Notes: generated by a model from the letters alone, not told the origin. 64,000 nucleotides of DNA from Bacteroidota bacterium (GCA_018829465.1 JAHJTN010000009.1:40557-104556), one strand, 5' to 3'. Numbered from the stretch's first letter, positions 38,379 through 48,914 are shown. Translations and numbers: made by a program.

Positions 38379-40685
38379 TTAATTCTGATTTCTAAAGTTT
38401 TCAAAACGTGTTGGCTTTTCTTCTCTCGGCCAAGTGTTGTTGCTCACATCTATATCTGCGGTCTCCAATTTAGGATCGACCGTGATTTTGGTAATTTCTT
38501 TGTCTGTAATCAGAACCTTGGTTACTTTGTCGTTGCTTTTCGCCCAAATCTGAGCCGGGTAGCGCACCTCTTCGGTGGTGCCATCGGCATAAGTATATGC
38601 CACAATGAGTGGCATCACCAAACCTCCGGGTCTGTCAAATGTCAATTCGTACATAAATTTGGCCTGTGGCAGTTTGGCTTTTTCTGCAGCTGAGAGGTTT
38701 TCATCTGCATAAGCCTTGAGCGATGTGGCAGAAGCTACAAGACTGCCCGATTTTAAAGCCGGGTTAAAATCGGCTTCCTCCTCGGTTGTGGTATAAACCA
38801 ATGGGCCTTGCTTAGAAAGGTCAATATTGTTTTCCAAGGCAAAGGCTTTCACTTTGGCCGTGGGTTCTGAGGTAATATAAAGTTTTTTGACTTCTTTCAG
38901 GCGAATATCTACATAGTCTGTGGTGAAAAACCACCCGCGCCAAAACCAATCTAAATCGACGGCTGAAGCATCTTCCATAGTGCGGAAGAAGTCATCCGGA
39001 GTAGGGTGTTTAAACATCCAACGGCGAGAATAAGTTTGGAAAGCTTTGTCAAACAAATCGGGTCCCATCACGGTTTCGCGTAAAATATTTAGTGCTGTTG
39101 CCGGTTTTCCGTAGGCGTTATTGCCCAATTGTCTTACGTATTCCGGATTGGCCATAATGGGTGTGATAAAACTTTGATCCCCACTCATATAAGGCACTAT
39201 ATTGGCCGCCGGGCCGCGTCTGGATGGGTATTTGTCATAGGTTTTTTCACCCACAAGGGCTTCCGGATATCGCTCGCCAAATTCCTGCTCTGCCAAATAC
39301 TGCACAAAGGTATTGATGCCCTCATCCATCCAAGCCCATTGGCGCTCATCAGAATTGACAATCATTGGGAAAAAATTGTGGCCAACTTCGTGAATGATGA
39401 CGCCATACATACCAAAACGAACTCTGTCAGAAATTTTGCCGTTTTCGTCCGGACGGCCGTAGTTCCAACAAATCATAGGATACTCCATGCCTTGATTTCT
39501 TGCATGAACGGAAATGGCTTTGTGGTACGGATAATCAAAGGTGTATTTAGAATAACTTTTCAAAGTGCTGGCCACCGCTTTGGTTGACCAATCTTCCCAT
39601 AGCGGATTGCCTTCTTTTGGGTACATTGAAACGGCCATGACGCGTTTGCCGTTGATGTCCACCGCCATCATGTCGTACACAAATTTGCGAGAAGTTGCAA
39701 AAGCGAAGTCGCGCACATTTTCTGCTTTTAGTTTCCAAGTTTTTTTCTTGTCGGAAAAACTTTTTTCGGCGGCTTCTGCTTCTGCTTGTGTAACAATTAA
39801 AACAGGCTCGTCATAAGAATTCAGTGCTTGTTCGTATCGTTTCATCATTTCTTTGGTGAAAACCTCCTTGCGATTTTGCAAAACGCCGGTACCATCGAGT
39901 ATGTGGTCTGCGGGCACAGTGATGTTTACTTCGTAATTTCCAAAAGGAAGGGCAAACTCACCGCTTCCCCAAAACTGGTGGTTTTGCCAGCCTTCTACGT
40001 CGTTGTAAACAGCCATTCGTGGAAAAAACTGTGCGATGACATAGGCGTTGTTGCCATCTTTCTCAAAGTGCTCATAACCGGAACGCGCCCTGTCGGTAAC
40101 GTGGTTGTTGATGTTGTACCACCATTTTATTTTAAACGAATAGGCCTGTCCGGGGGCGAGTGGAGTGGGCAAATCTACCCGCATCATGGTTTGATTGATA
40201 ACTACCTGAAGGTCTTTTCCATTGATGTCTTTGACGTATTCTATATTAAATCCGCCATCAAAAGGATCTTTTAAAAATTGATTGGCAAATCTACCGGGCG
40301 TAGTGATAAAAGGAGCCGAACTGTTTTCTATGAGCAGGCTTTTTGAATCTTTTGAACGAACGTTTTGGTCGAGTTGTACCCAAAGAAATTCGAGTACATC
40401 GGGTGATTTGTTGGTGTAGGTAATGGTTTCTTCGCCGTATAACTTTTGGTTGGCATCGTCCAGTTCTATATCCATTTTATAATCGGCCTGTTGCTGATAA
40501 TAATCGGGACCGGGCGCGCCGGATGCCGTACGGAAAGTGTTGGGAGTAGCCAACAAATCATACATTTGTTTGAATTTGTTGATGTCTTCGTGACCGGGAG
40601 CTCTTTCTGGTGTTTCTTGAGAAAAAGCCAGACTGCTAAAAAGTAAAAAGCCACTTAAAAGATAATGATAAAACGTTTTATACAT
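38379..40685 (-). CDS. Secreted M1-family metallopeptidase
   Basis: 768 aa with a signal peptide. HExxH-X18-E motif: IIHEVGHNFF..WMDEGINTF. Confidence 0.88.
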   Translation of the reverse strand: MYKTFYHYLLSGFLLFSSLAFSQETPERAPGHEDINKFKQMYDLLATPNTFRTASGAPGPDYYQQQADYKMDIELDDANQKLYGEETITYTNKSPDVLEFLWVQLDQNVRSKDSKSLLIENSSAPFITTPGRFANQFLKDPFDGGFNIEYVKDINGKDLQVVINQTMMRVDLPTPLAPGQAYSFKIKWWYNINNHVTDRARSGYEHFEKDGNNAYVIAQFFPRMAVYNDVEGWQNHQFWGSGEFALPFGNYEVNITVPADHILDGTGVLQNRKEVFTKEMMKRYEQALNSYDEPVLIVTQAEAEAAEKSFSDKKKTWKLKAENVRDFAFATSRKFVYDMMAVDINGKRVMAVSMYPKEGNPLWEDWSTKAVASTLKSYSKYTFDYPYHKAISVHARNQGMEYPMICWNYGRPDENGKISDRVRFGMYGVIIHEVGHNFFPMIVNSDERQWAWMDEGINTFVQYLAEQEFGERYPEALVGEKTYDKYPSRRGPAANIVPYMSGDQSFITPIMANPEYVRQLGNNAYGKPATALNILRETVMGPDLFDKAFQTYSRRWMFKHPTPDDFFRTMEDASAVDLDWFWRGWFFTTDYVDIRLKEVKKLYITSEPTAKVKAFALENNIDLSKQGPLVYTTTEEEADFNPALKSGSLVASATSLKAYADENLSAAEKAKLPQAKFMYELTFDRPGGLVMPLIVAYTYADGTTEEVRYPAQIWAKSNDKVTKVLITDKEITKITVDPKLETADIDVSNNTWPREEKPTRFENFRNQN

Positions 40686-40732
40686 AGTGATTGAATTAAT
40701 TTTGTTGTGAAATTAAAGGTTTGAAGATATAT

Positions 40733-41242
40733 TTAGTTTGTTTTTAACACTGCTTTAGGTTTATCAGCATCTGTCATGCTGCTTTTGCGACCGTTTGTCA
40801 TAATCAAATGAATGATGTTTTGCTGATCCGGAATAAAATCTGTCAACACCGTGTTTTTTATTTCGATGGCTTCAAAAGTTTCGATGTTTTTGATGAGCAA
40901 ATAGCCATACATGACATCCAAGTCGTATTCGCGTCCCAAATATTCAAAAGTTTTGGGCTGTTTGTCAACCGAAAATCGCAAATGTTGTTTCAAGTAATTT
41001 TCAAACAGGAGCGTGGCTTCCTCCGAATTGTCCTGGTAATTTATGCTTTTATCTGACGGATGGGTTTCGTCGAGATACCGCTCCCAGTCGTCCCAAAAAA
41101 TAGACAGAGAAATTTGAAGTTCTTTTTTGGCTTGGTCGTGTCTGATTTCCATAACACTTACATAAAACTTATGCGAAGCAGACCCAAAACCCGAATGTAA
41201 AACGAAAACGAACAGCAATAAAAATGTAATCGAAGTTTTCAA
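40733..41242 (-). CDS. Secreted hypothetical protein (DUF6702-like)
   Basis: 169 aa. Signal peptide, then the HKFYVSVMEI block. Confidence 0.55.
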   Translation of the reverse strand: MKTSITFLLLFVFVLHSGFGSASHKFYVSVMEIRHDQAKKELQISLSIFWDDWERYLDETHPSDKSINYQDNSEEATLLFENYLKQHLRFSVDKQPKTFEYLGREYDLDVMYGYLLIKNIETFEAIEIKNTVLTDFIPDQQNIIHLIMTNGRKSSMTDADKPKAVLKTN

Positions 41243-41266
41243 GAGATGTATTTTGGTGTAAAAATA

Positions 41267-41704
41267 TTATAATTTATTGGTTTTTTGTGCTTCGAAAACT
41301 GCTGCCGGAAACAGCAACAAAAGCCAGATTGGTTGAATCAATAATCGGCGAATATAAAAAAATACGGTGTAAAAATCCGGTAAAAAACCAATGCTGACTG
41401 CAAATAACGTAGCTGTCATCACTCCGGCGAGTACAAAGATCAAAATCCAAAAGACAAGTTTTGATTTATTGGGGAACCAAACGAACAGCAGGGCTATTGA
41501 AAGTGTAGAGTTTATTAAGTATCTGAGAATTAAAGAGAAATACATTTTTTGAGTCTCTATCTCAGGAACAAAGTCTAAATAGTTTGCCCGTTTAAAATGT
41601 GTGATAAAAGGATCGTAAAATAGTTGTAATTCATAGGCCCTCACGCCAATGATTGCCGCCAGGAGCAGGGCTGTTAAAGCAAATTTAAGCAGATTAGTAT
41701 TCAC
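41267..41704 (-). CDS. Exosortase F system-associated membrane protein
   Basis: 145 aa, 4 TM. ATGA-type overlap with the upstream XrtF-like gene. Its size and position fit the invariant XrtF partner. Confidence 0.6.
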   Translation of the reverse strand: MNTNLLKFALTALLLAAIIGVRAYELQLFYDPFITHFKRANYLDFVPEIETQKMYFSLILRYLINSTLSIALLFVWFPNKSKLVFWILIFVLAGVMTATLFAVSIGFLPDFYTVFFYIRRLLIQPIWLLLLFPAAVFEAQKTNKL

Positions 41705-42240
41705 GACCGGGAAAATTTAAAAATCCAAGCCAGCCATAAAAATACAATCCATCCGTAAATCACGGCCGGAAAAACAAGTTGGTGCAAGTGCTCGCCTGCT
41801 TGAGGAAATTCGTAGAGGGCGATCGATAGAAGGGCTATTCGAAGCCAATTCAGTACAAAAACGGAAAAACTTCCCAAGAGCACAAAACGCCACGTGATGC
41901 CGGATGCGCCACCATAAGCCCAAACAAAAGCTGCAAAAAGCAAGGTAACACTGACTCCGTTGCAACCTTCAATAATTCTTGCCAAATATTGCCCTTCTAC
42001 ATGCAACTCGAGGGTTGACGATATGCTCTGCGGAATTAAGTTCGATTGATAACCGAAAAATTGGATGAGGGTCTGCGAAATTTTTCCTGTCAGGACGGTT
42101 AAAAAGTCGGGTTGATTTTGAAAAACGGATAAATACCCAAAATAAAGCAAACTAAGTGCTGTGTAAAACAGCGCAAAGCGTCCCATAAAAACCAGTGAGG
42201 CGCGGTTTTGACTTAGAATTTCTTTTAGTTTCTGTATCAC
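41701..42240 (-). CDS. xrtF: Exosortase family protein XrtF
   Basis: 179 aa, polytopic. Exosortase Cys/Arg/His motifs IEGCNGVS, NWLRIALL and EHLHQLVFP. Confidence 0.7.
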   Translation of the reverse strand: MIQKLKEILSQNRASLVFMGRFALFYTALSLLYFGYLSVFQNQPDFLTVLTGKISQTLIQFFGYQSNLIPQSISSTLELHVEGQYLARIIEGCNGVSVTLLFAAFVWAYGGASGITWRFVLLGSFSVFVLNWLRIALLSIALYEFPQAGEHLHQLVFPAVIYGWIVFLWLAWIFKFSRS

Positions 42241-42461
42241 AGCTTTTTTTAAAAAAAGGTTATTCGATTATTAATGGGTTTGTCAGTAATTTTCTGTCGA
42301 ATGCTCAATTATCCTTATCGGGTTGAGCGCAGTCGAGATCCCGCGGCAAAAGATAAGATGCACCCATAAACCACTCATCCGTAGAAAGTTTTAAATAACC
42401 ATTTCCAACAAAACATCATCATGGAGCAATTGGTATGCAGAAACCCATAAAAATCTTGCAA

Positions 42462-44168
42462 TCAATAACCCATAGCGGTGTTGTCGCCTCTCGGGTCTGC
42501 TCCGCCTTCGAGGGTGCCGTTGGGCAAAACCAAAATGGCATTCACCTGACCAATTACAGGCGCATTGCCTTCTTCTATAAGGTAACCCTTAGATTTTAGT
42601 GTGGAAATAAGTCCCGCCGAAAAAGCCTCCGGTTCAAACCTGACGATGTCCGGCAACCATTGGTGGTGAAAACGAGGCGTATTCACGGCTTCTTGCATGC
42701 CCATTTGAAAATCTATGACGTTTAATAAGGTTTGGTAAACCGATGTGATGATAGTGGAACCGCCCGGCGTTCCAACGACCATAAAAAGTTTACCGTCTTT
42801 TGAAACCAAGGTTGGCGTCATGGAACTCAACATTCTTTTGCCGGGTGCGATGCTATTGGCTTCGTAGCCCACCAAACCAAACTGGTTGGGAACTCCTGGT
42901 TTTGCACTAAAATCGTCCATTTCGTTGTTTAAGAAAAAACCGGCGCCGGCTACCATTACTTTAGAGCCAAAATAGCTATTGAGCGTGGTGGTGATTGAAA
43001 CGGCGTTTCCTTCGGCATCCACAATGGAGTAGTGGGTGGTTTCGGTACTTTCGTTTGTCAGCGCAAAGGTACCCGATTGAATGTCAGTAGATTTGCCGGC
43101 ACGGTTATAATTGAAATCTTGCATTCTCCTTGTCAAATAAGCCGGAGCCAACAAAGAATCTGTAGGAATGCTTACGAAATCCGGATCGCCCAAATACTGC
43201 GCGCGGTCTGCATAAGCCCTGCGCTCGGCTTCTATCATCACTTGTACAGTTTCAGGTGTGTGATGACCCATTTTTTTCAGGTCGAAAGGTTCGGTCATTT
43301 TCATGAGTTGGGCCAAACAAATGCCACCGCTTGAAGGTGGTGCCATAGATGTAATTTGGTAGCCTCTGTATTCGAAATCAATCGTTTTGCGCCATTGGGC
43401 TTCGTAGTTTTTTAAATCCTCCAAGCTAATCAGTCCGTTGTGTTTTTGCATTTCGGCTACAATGAGCTCGGCTGTTTTGCCCTCGTAAAAGCCGGCTTTG
43501 CCCTGATCTCTGATTCTCTCTAGTGTTTCAGCTAAGTTTGCCTGATAAATCGTGTCGCCGGTTTGCCAAATCGAATCTGCGGTAAAAGGCAGCCTAAAAT
43601 CGTTGTGTTGGGCAAAGGCTTCTTGGAATCGATTGAGGTTTTTTGATGCATTTTCGGTAAGCGGATAGCCGTTTCGGGCTACTTCAATGGCAGGTTGCAC
43701 CACTTCGGCCCACGGAAGTTTACCGAATTTTTTATGAGCAGCGGCAATTCCGGCCACTGTGCCGGGTACGCCAACCGAAAAAATACCCACCGAGCTTTTA
43801 TCGGGTATTACCTCGCCGTTTTCATCTAAATACATATCGCGGTGTGCGGCGTTCGGCGCTTTTTCGCGATAATCGAGCGAACCGGTTTCGCCGCTGGCAA
43901 GCCTGTACACCATAAAGCCACCACCGCCTATGTTGCCGGCACGAGGGTACACAACGGCCAATGCCAACTCGGTAGCAGCCATGGCATCAAAGGCATTACC
44001 GCCGTTTTTCATCACTTCTATGCCTATTTTAGAGGCAATTGGATGTGCAGCCACTACCATAGCGTTTTGAGCCACAACACCTCTTTGAATTTCAGGTGCG
44101 GATTCTGGCGATTTGCAGGAGAAAACTACCAAAAAAAGAATCAGTAAACCCAGTGTGTTTTTAGACAT
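42462..44168 (-). CDS. ggt: Gamma-glutamyltransferase
   Basis: 568 aa. Lipoprotein-like signal. Autoprocessing Thr in ESTETTHYSIVD. GGGGF and PGGSTII blocks. Confidence 0.93.
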   Translation of the reverse strand: MSKNTLGLLILFLVVFSCKSPESAPEIQRGVVAQNAMVVAAHPIASKIGIEVMKNGGNAFDAMAATELALAVVYPRAGNIGGGGFMVYRLASGETGSLDYREKAPNAAHRDMYLDENGEVIPDKSSVGIFSVGVPGTVAGIAAAHKKFGKLPWAEVVQPAIEVARNGYPLTENASKNLNRFQEAFAQHNDFRLPFTADSIWQTGDTIYQANLAETLERIRDQGKAGFYEGKTAELIVAEMQKHNGLISLEDLKNYEAQWRKTIDFEYRGYQITSMAPPSSGGICLAQLMKMTEPFDLKKMGHHTPETVQVMIEAERRAYADRAQYLGDPDFVSIPTDSLLAPAYLTRRMQDFNYNRAGKSTDIQSGTFALTNESTETTHYSIVDAEGNAVSITTTLNSYFGSKVMVAGAGFFLNNEMDDFSAKPGVPNQFGLVGYEANSIAPGKRMLSSMTPTLVSKDGKLFMVVGTPGGSTIITSVYQTLLNVIDFQMGMQEAVNTPRFHHQWLPDIVRFEPEAFSAGLISTLKSKGYLIEEGNAPVIGQVNAILVLPNGTLEGGADPRGDNTAMGY

Positions 44169-44212
44169 GACTAATTTGTTGAGGTATCAAAAATAGAAAA
44201 ATAAAATGCGGT

Positions 44213-44800
44213 TTACCATCTTGCATCCGGATTTTCACGAACATATTGTTGCAAATCTTCAAAAAAGGCATGAAACTCATTTTCGTATTCCGCATAAAAC
44301 TGCACTAAAAAATCCACACCTTTCCACAGTTCCACCCTATACTGAATGCGATGGGTCATTTGTCTTAAAATATTAGCTAAACCGTCTAGTTCCGCATATT
44401 TTACCAACCAATTTTCTTCGATTAAATAAGGTAAACTCTTCTGATTGCGAAGCGGTAAGTCATACTTCCGTATTTCTAAGAAACGATAGAAATTTTGAGC
44501 GTAAATAGGCAAGGGTACATCGGAATATTTTTCCCAGTTTTTGGCCAAAAAATGATCGTAAAACATATCCATCAGCACCAAATGGTAATGTCTAAAAGTA
44601 GGGAATAGTCTGGCACCTCCTTTCTTGACCAACGGATGCGTGTCTGTAAAATAGTCTATGGCGCGATGCATGCGAATGCCTTTTTGGATGCCTATTTCAT
44701 AGCGCTCTAATTGTTTTCCCTTAACGCTATCTGCTATAAAATTGCCCAGCTGTACTTCGCGGTCGTTTCCGGATAGATAAATATGGGCTAAATAGTTCAT
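44213..44800 (-). CDS. acpH: Acyl carrier protein phosphodiesterase
   Basis: 195 aa. MNYLAHIYLSG N-terminus and a length typical of AcpH. Confidence 0.8.
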   Translation of the reverse strand: MNYLAHIYLSGNDREVQLGNFIADSVKGKQLERYEIGIQKGIRMHRAIDYFTDTHPLVKKGGARLFPTFRHYHLVLMDMFYDHFLAKNWEKYSDVPLPIYAQNFYRFLEIRKYDLPLRNQKSLPYLIEENWLVKYAELDGLANILRQMTHRIQYRVELWKGVDFLVQFYAEYENEFHAFFEDLQQYVRENPDARW

Positions 44801-44846
44801 TAGATATGGAATTCTTTAAAAATTAGTTTTAGAAACAGGCTTTTTC

Positions 44847-44876
44847 TTGCATGCTTTTTTGAGGCGTGTATCTTTG
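44847..44876 (+). promoter_or_regulatory. Candidate Bacteroidota promoter of glmM: TTG-N19-TATCTTTG
   Basis: TTG at 44847-44849. Exact TAnnTTTG at 44869-44876, 17 nt before the ATG at 44894. Confidence 0.45.
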
Positions 44877-44893
44877 CTAAAAATAATGAAAAA

Positions 44894-46279
44894 ATGACGC
44901 TCATCAAATCTATTTCAGGAATTCGCGGAACTATTGGCGGAAAAACAGCAGAAAACCTCACGCCACTTGATGCGGTTAAGTTTGCAGCTGCCTACGGCAG
45001 TTGGTTGAAAACATACAGGAAAAAAGAAAAGTTGACCGTGGTTTTGGGGCGTGACGCCCGTATATCCGGCGAAATGATACAGCAATTGGTGTCGGCAACC
45101 TTAGTGGGGCTTGGGATTGATGTAGTTAACCTGGGCTTGAGCACCACACCAACTGTAGAAATAGCGGTGACACTTGAAAAAGCCGATGGTGGCATCATAC
45201 TGACGGCGAGCCACAATCCCAAACAATGGAATGCGCTCAAATTACTCAACGAAAAAGGTGAATTTTTAGATGCAGAAGCCGGGGCGCGCATTTTGGAACT
45301 CGCCGAAAAAGATGACTTTTATTTTGCAGAAGTGAACGATTTGGGAAGTGTAGTTTCAAAAAATGACTATATTCAAAAACACATAGAAGCGGTTTTGGCC
45401 CTGCCTTTGGTGAAGCCGGAAATTATTCAAAAAGCCGGTTTTAAGGTGGTGGTCGATGCTGTGAATTCTACGGGTGGCATTGCGGTTCCGCAATTTTTAA
45501 AAGCAATCGGTGTCGAAGTTGTAGAAATGTATTGCGAGCCTAACGGACATTTTCCGCACAACCCGGAGCCTTTGAAAGAACACCTTACCGAAATTTCAGC
45601 GCGTGTAGTTGCAGAAGGAGCCGATTTGGGCATCGTGGTAGATCCGGATGTGGACAGGCTGGCCTTTGTTTGCAACGACGGCGATATGTTTGGCGAAGAG
45701 TACACTTTGGTGGCTTGTGCAGACTACGTTTTGCGCAACACACCCGGTAATACGGTTTCCAACCTGTCATCGTCGAGAGCGCTCCGCGACATTACAGAAG
45801 CATTGGGCGGAAACTATCAAGCTGCCGCAGTTGGTGAAGTAAACGTGGTGCAAAAAATGAAAGACACCCAAGCCGTCATTGGTGGAGAAGGTAACGGCGG
45901 CATTATCTATCCGGCTGCTCATTACGGGCGCGATGCCTTGGTGGGCATTGGATTGTTTTTGACACACTTGGCGCAGACAGGTAAAACCGTTCGCGAACTC
46001 AGAGACGAATATCCGTCATATTATATGTCAAAAAACAAAATAGAATTGACGTCGCAAATAGATGTTGACCATCTTTTATTTGCCTTACATCAAAGGTACT
46101 TACATGAAAATTGCCTTACGATTGACGGTTTGAAAATTGAATTTGACGATGCTTGGGTGCATTTGAGAAAATCCAATACGGAACCCATTGTTCGTGTTTA
46201 TACCGAGGCTAAAAGCCAGAAAGCTGCAGACGATTTGGCCGAAAGATTTGTAGATGAGTTGCGGCTTTTGGCGCTTTAA
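44894..46279 (+). CDS. glmM: Phosphoglucosamine mutase
   Basis: 461 aa. Phosphoserine loop TASHNP; Mg loop DPDVDR. Confidence 0.9.
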   Translation: MTLIKSISGIRGTIGGKTAENLTPLDAVKFAAAYGSWLKTYRKKEKLTVVLGRDARISGEMIQQLVSATLVGLGIDVVNLGLSTTPTVEIAVTLEKADGGIILTASHNPKQWNALKLLNEKGEFLDAEAGARILELAEKDDFYFAEVNDLGSVVSKNDYIQKHIEAVLALPLVKPEIIQKAGFKVVVDAVNSTGGIAVPQFLKAIGVEVVEMYCEPNGHFPHNPEPLKEHLTEISARVVAEGADLGIVVDPDVDRLAFVCNDGDMFGEEYTLVACADYVLRNTPGNTVSNLSSSRALRDITEALGGNYQAAAVGEVNVVQKMKDTQAVIGGEGNGGIIYPAAHYGRDALVGIGLFLTHLAQTGKTVRELRDEYPSYYMSKNKIELTSQIDVDHLLFALHQRYLHENCLTIDGLKIEFDDAWVHLRKSNTEPIVRVYTEAKSQKAADDLAERFVDELRLLAL

Positions 46280-46349
46280 CAAAACGCAATAAAAGTCTCC
46301 ACCCATGGTTTCTGTAAAACTAGATCACAGGTTATGATATACAAAAAAA

Positions 46350-46370
46350 CCGCCTCAGTTGGTGAGACGG
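46350..46370. terminator. Hairpin terminator between convergent genes
   Basis: CCGCCTCA-gttgg-TGAGACGG (one mismatch), preceded by A7 and followed by cTTTaTT. Confidence 0.6.
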
Positions 46371-46407
46371 CTTTATTAGCATTGAAATCCTTACCAAGAA
46401 CTTCAAT

Positions 46408-47043
46408 TTATATGCGCGCTTTGCGGTTGGCTTCTATTTTGGAAATGTCGTAGCCGCCAAAATCTTTAAGGTATTTTCTAAGTGAGGTGCCAAAGGCATC
46501 CGAAAAACGAGCTTGGCCGTTTGAATGAAGAAATTTTTTAACGTTACCGGGGCCTGCCAAATGTGCGGCGGCTAGTATTCCGGATTCGGTTATGAGTAAA
46601 CCATCTATCACGGTGCCATTAAATTTTGCGATTTCTTTTCTCAAAATCCACTTGTTGCGAGATAGGTTTTTCTCGAAGGCAATTTCCTGCAAAACAGGTG
46701 TTTTCAAAAAAGTGGTGGTATCTTGTATGCCGAGTAGCTTTAGGGTAGGCGCATTGAATTGGTATTTACCCATGTACCCAAAACTATTTACCACGTGATA
46801 ACGACCGCCCGATTCTTTAAATCCAACCCTTTCTTTAAAAGCAACAAAAGATTTTCCGTAAAAAGGAACACGGAGAAATCTTGGGTCAAAATGGGAAGGA
46901 GAAGGTTGAGGCAAATCTACCAATACAGATTCCGATACAATAAAATCTGAATGAATTCTTGTGGTTTTTTTGTCAGAAAAACCATAACTGATGAGAGCTA
47001 AAACGGCTACAAAATAGGAATATTTGACGACTCGTTTTTTCAT
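46408..47043 (-). CDS. Hypothetical exported protein with a lysozyme-like/transglycosylase-like region
   Basis: 211 aa, N-terminal TM/signal. ESGGRYHVVNSFGYMGKYQF..ESGILAAAHLAGPG pattern. The function is inferred only from these motifs. Confidence 0.4.
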   Translation of the reverse strand: MKKRVVKYSYFVAVLALISYGFSDKKTTRIHSDFIVSESVLVDLPQPSPSHFDPRFLRVPFYGKSFVAFKERVGFKESGGRYHVVNSFGYMGKYQFNAPTLKLLGIQDTTTFLKTPVLQEIAFEKNLSRNKWILRKEIAKFNGTVIDGLLITESGILAAAHLAGPGNVKKFLHSNGQARFSDAFGTSLRKYLKDFGGYDISKIEANRKARI

Positions 47044-47325
47044 AATGTTGATTTCTTTAAGACTTATCTGACCCGATGAGTCGAAGTGCAGTGCTTAAAA
47101 TTTCAGCTGCAAAAATACAACATAATTCTTTACATTCAATATCAATATACTAAATATTTCTTAATAAACACAAAGAGCTTGTATCAGGTGTTAGTTGTTA
47201 AAGTACTGTAAAACAGTTTTTTATGTTTAGCTCAAAGGTTTTCGGTAATCCGTAGTTTTGGTTAAAATAGCATATAAACCGGCGAATAGGCAATACGGCT
47301 AAAAGCCTGCTTTTTTAACCTTTTT

Positions 47326-48369
47326 TTAACGCTTTATCCCTTGCTTGTCTATCCATTTTTGGTACTCTACCCGATTTTTGTTGTGTTGGGAGAGTGTTCG
47401 GGCAAATTTGTGATAGCCCAAACGTTGTGTATCGGCCACAAAATAGTAAAAGTTGTGCTCTTCAGCTTGTAAAACGGCTTGGATTGCTGTGATATCCGGC
47501 ATGCTAATGGGGCCGGGAGGCAAGCCTGTGTTCAAATAGGTGTTATAAGGAGAGTCAATTTCTAAGTCTTTGTATAGCACGCGCTTTATTTCCATTGAAA
47601 AATTGCCCTGTTCTTTTTTGAGCGCATAGATGACAGTGGGGTCGGCTTGTAACTTCCACCCATCTCTTAGCCGGTTGAGGTAAACGCCGGCTACTCTGGG
47701 CATTTCATCGGTTTTGACGGTTTCTTTTTGAACGATGGATGCCAAAATACTCACTTCTTTTGGCGAGAGGCCTATTTTTTTGGCTAGAGCCAATCTGTCT
47801 TCGTTCCAGAATCGCCTGTATTCTTTCAACATCCTATCGGCAAAAGCATTTGCGGAAGTGTTCCAATAAAACTCGTAGGTATTCGGGATAAAATAGATGA
47901 GTACATTTTCTAAAGACAATTCATGGGTTTCCAAAAATTCGGAACTACTCAAGTATTGTACAATTTCTAAGCTGTCTGCTTCAATTTGAGAACCTACTCT
48001 TCCGGCCAAATCATAAAGGGTTTGCTGGTTGTTAAAGGATACTTTGATAGGTGTATTGCCCGTTCGTAAGACATTGATGATGTCGTTGTTGTTCATGCCT
48101 TTTTTAATTACATAACGTCCGGGCTTTACGTTGGATGTATAGGATTTTTGTTTTGCGAGGGTTTCAAAAGTTTCAGATTTTTTCAACAAAAAGTCCATTT
48201 CCTTTTTTACGGTTTCAAAAGTGGCATCACTTGGAATCAAAACCACCGCTTCTGCATTTTCAAAAGCCGTATTGGGCACCACTACAATTTGGTACACTTT
48301 GAAAGCAAAAAATCCCATGCCTATTAGACCCAAAAGCAAGACTGACCAAATGATTTTTTTCAGGTTCAT
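47326..48369 (-). CDS. mltG: Endolytic murein transglycosylase MltG (YceG family)
   Basis: 347 aa. N-terminal TM. LASIVQKE catalytic block and PGPISMP motif. Confidence 0.9.
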   Translation of the reverse strand: MNLKKIIWSVLLLGLIGMGFFAFKVYQIVVVPNTAFENAEAVVLIPSDATFETVKKEMDFLLKKSETFETLAKQKSYTSNVKPGRYVIKKGMNNNDIINVLRTGNTPIKVSFNNQQTLYDLAGRVGSQIEADSLEIVQYLSSSEFLETHELSLENVLIYFIPNTYEFYWNTSANAFADRMLKEYRRFWNEDRLALAKKIGLSPKEVSILASIVQKETVKTDEMPRVAGVYLNRLRDGWKLQADPTVIYALKKEQGNFSMEIKRVLYKDLEIDSPYNTYLNTGLPPGPISMPDITAIQAVLQAEEHNFYYFVADTQRLGYHKFARTLSQHNKNRVEYQKWIDKQGIKR

Positions 48370-48371
48370 AT

Positions 48372-48914
48372 CTAAGTTAGTATCAGTTGAACAAGTGCTT
48401 CGTCTTCAAATTTTCCGTTGTGATAGATCCAATCTTGTTTGATGCCGATTGTCTGAAAGCCACATTTGTCAAATAGGTGTAAACTTGGCACGTTTTGCAA
48501 CAAAATATTGGCATAGAGTTGGTGCAAGTCTAAATGTTTTTTGGCATAAGCCATCACGCATTGCATGGCATGAAACCCGACACCTTTTGATCTGAATTTT
48601 TCCAAAATAACAATGCCAACTCCTGCTTTTTTGTTTTTCACATCAAAATCGAACAAATCGACAAGTCCGACCGATAAACCATTTTTTAGACAAATTACCA
48701 ACCGGAGTTGCTTGGCCGTATATATGTCTTCCTTGGCATTTTTGAGGTATTCTCTGAGTACAAACTCTGAAAAAGGCTGTACGGTGCTGCCGAGTAACCA
48801 AAGTCGTTCGTCGTTTTCTATCTCCGATAAAAAAACAAAGTCTTCCGGCTCAATAGCCCTCAGATAAATGTGCTCATTTTGAAGTGTCTGTGTCATATTC
48901 GCCTTTAAAAACAA
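48372..48914 (-). CDS. GNAT-family N-acetyltransferase (RimJ/RimL-like)
   Basis: 180 aa. FRSKGVGFHAM acetyl-CoA motif. Confidence 0.75.
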   Translation of the reverse strand: MFLKANMTQTLQNEHIYLRAIEPEDFVFLSEIENDERLWLLGSTVQPFSEFVLREYLKNAKEDIYTAKQLRLVICLKNGLSVGLVDLFDFDVKNKKAGVGIVILEKFRSKGVGFHAMQCVMAYAKKHLDLHQLYANILLQNVPSLHLFDKCGFQTIGIKQDWIYHNGKFEDEALVQLILT

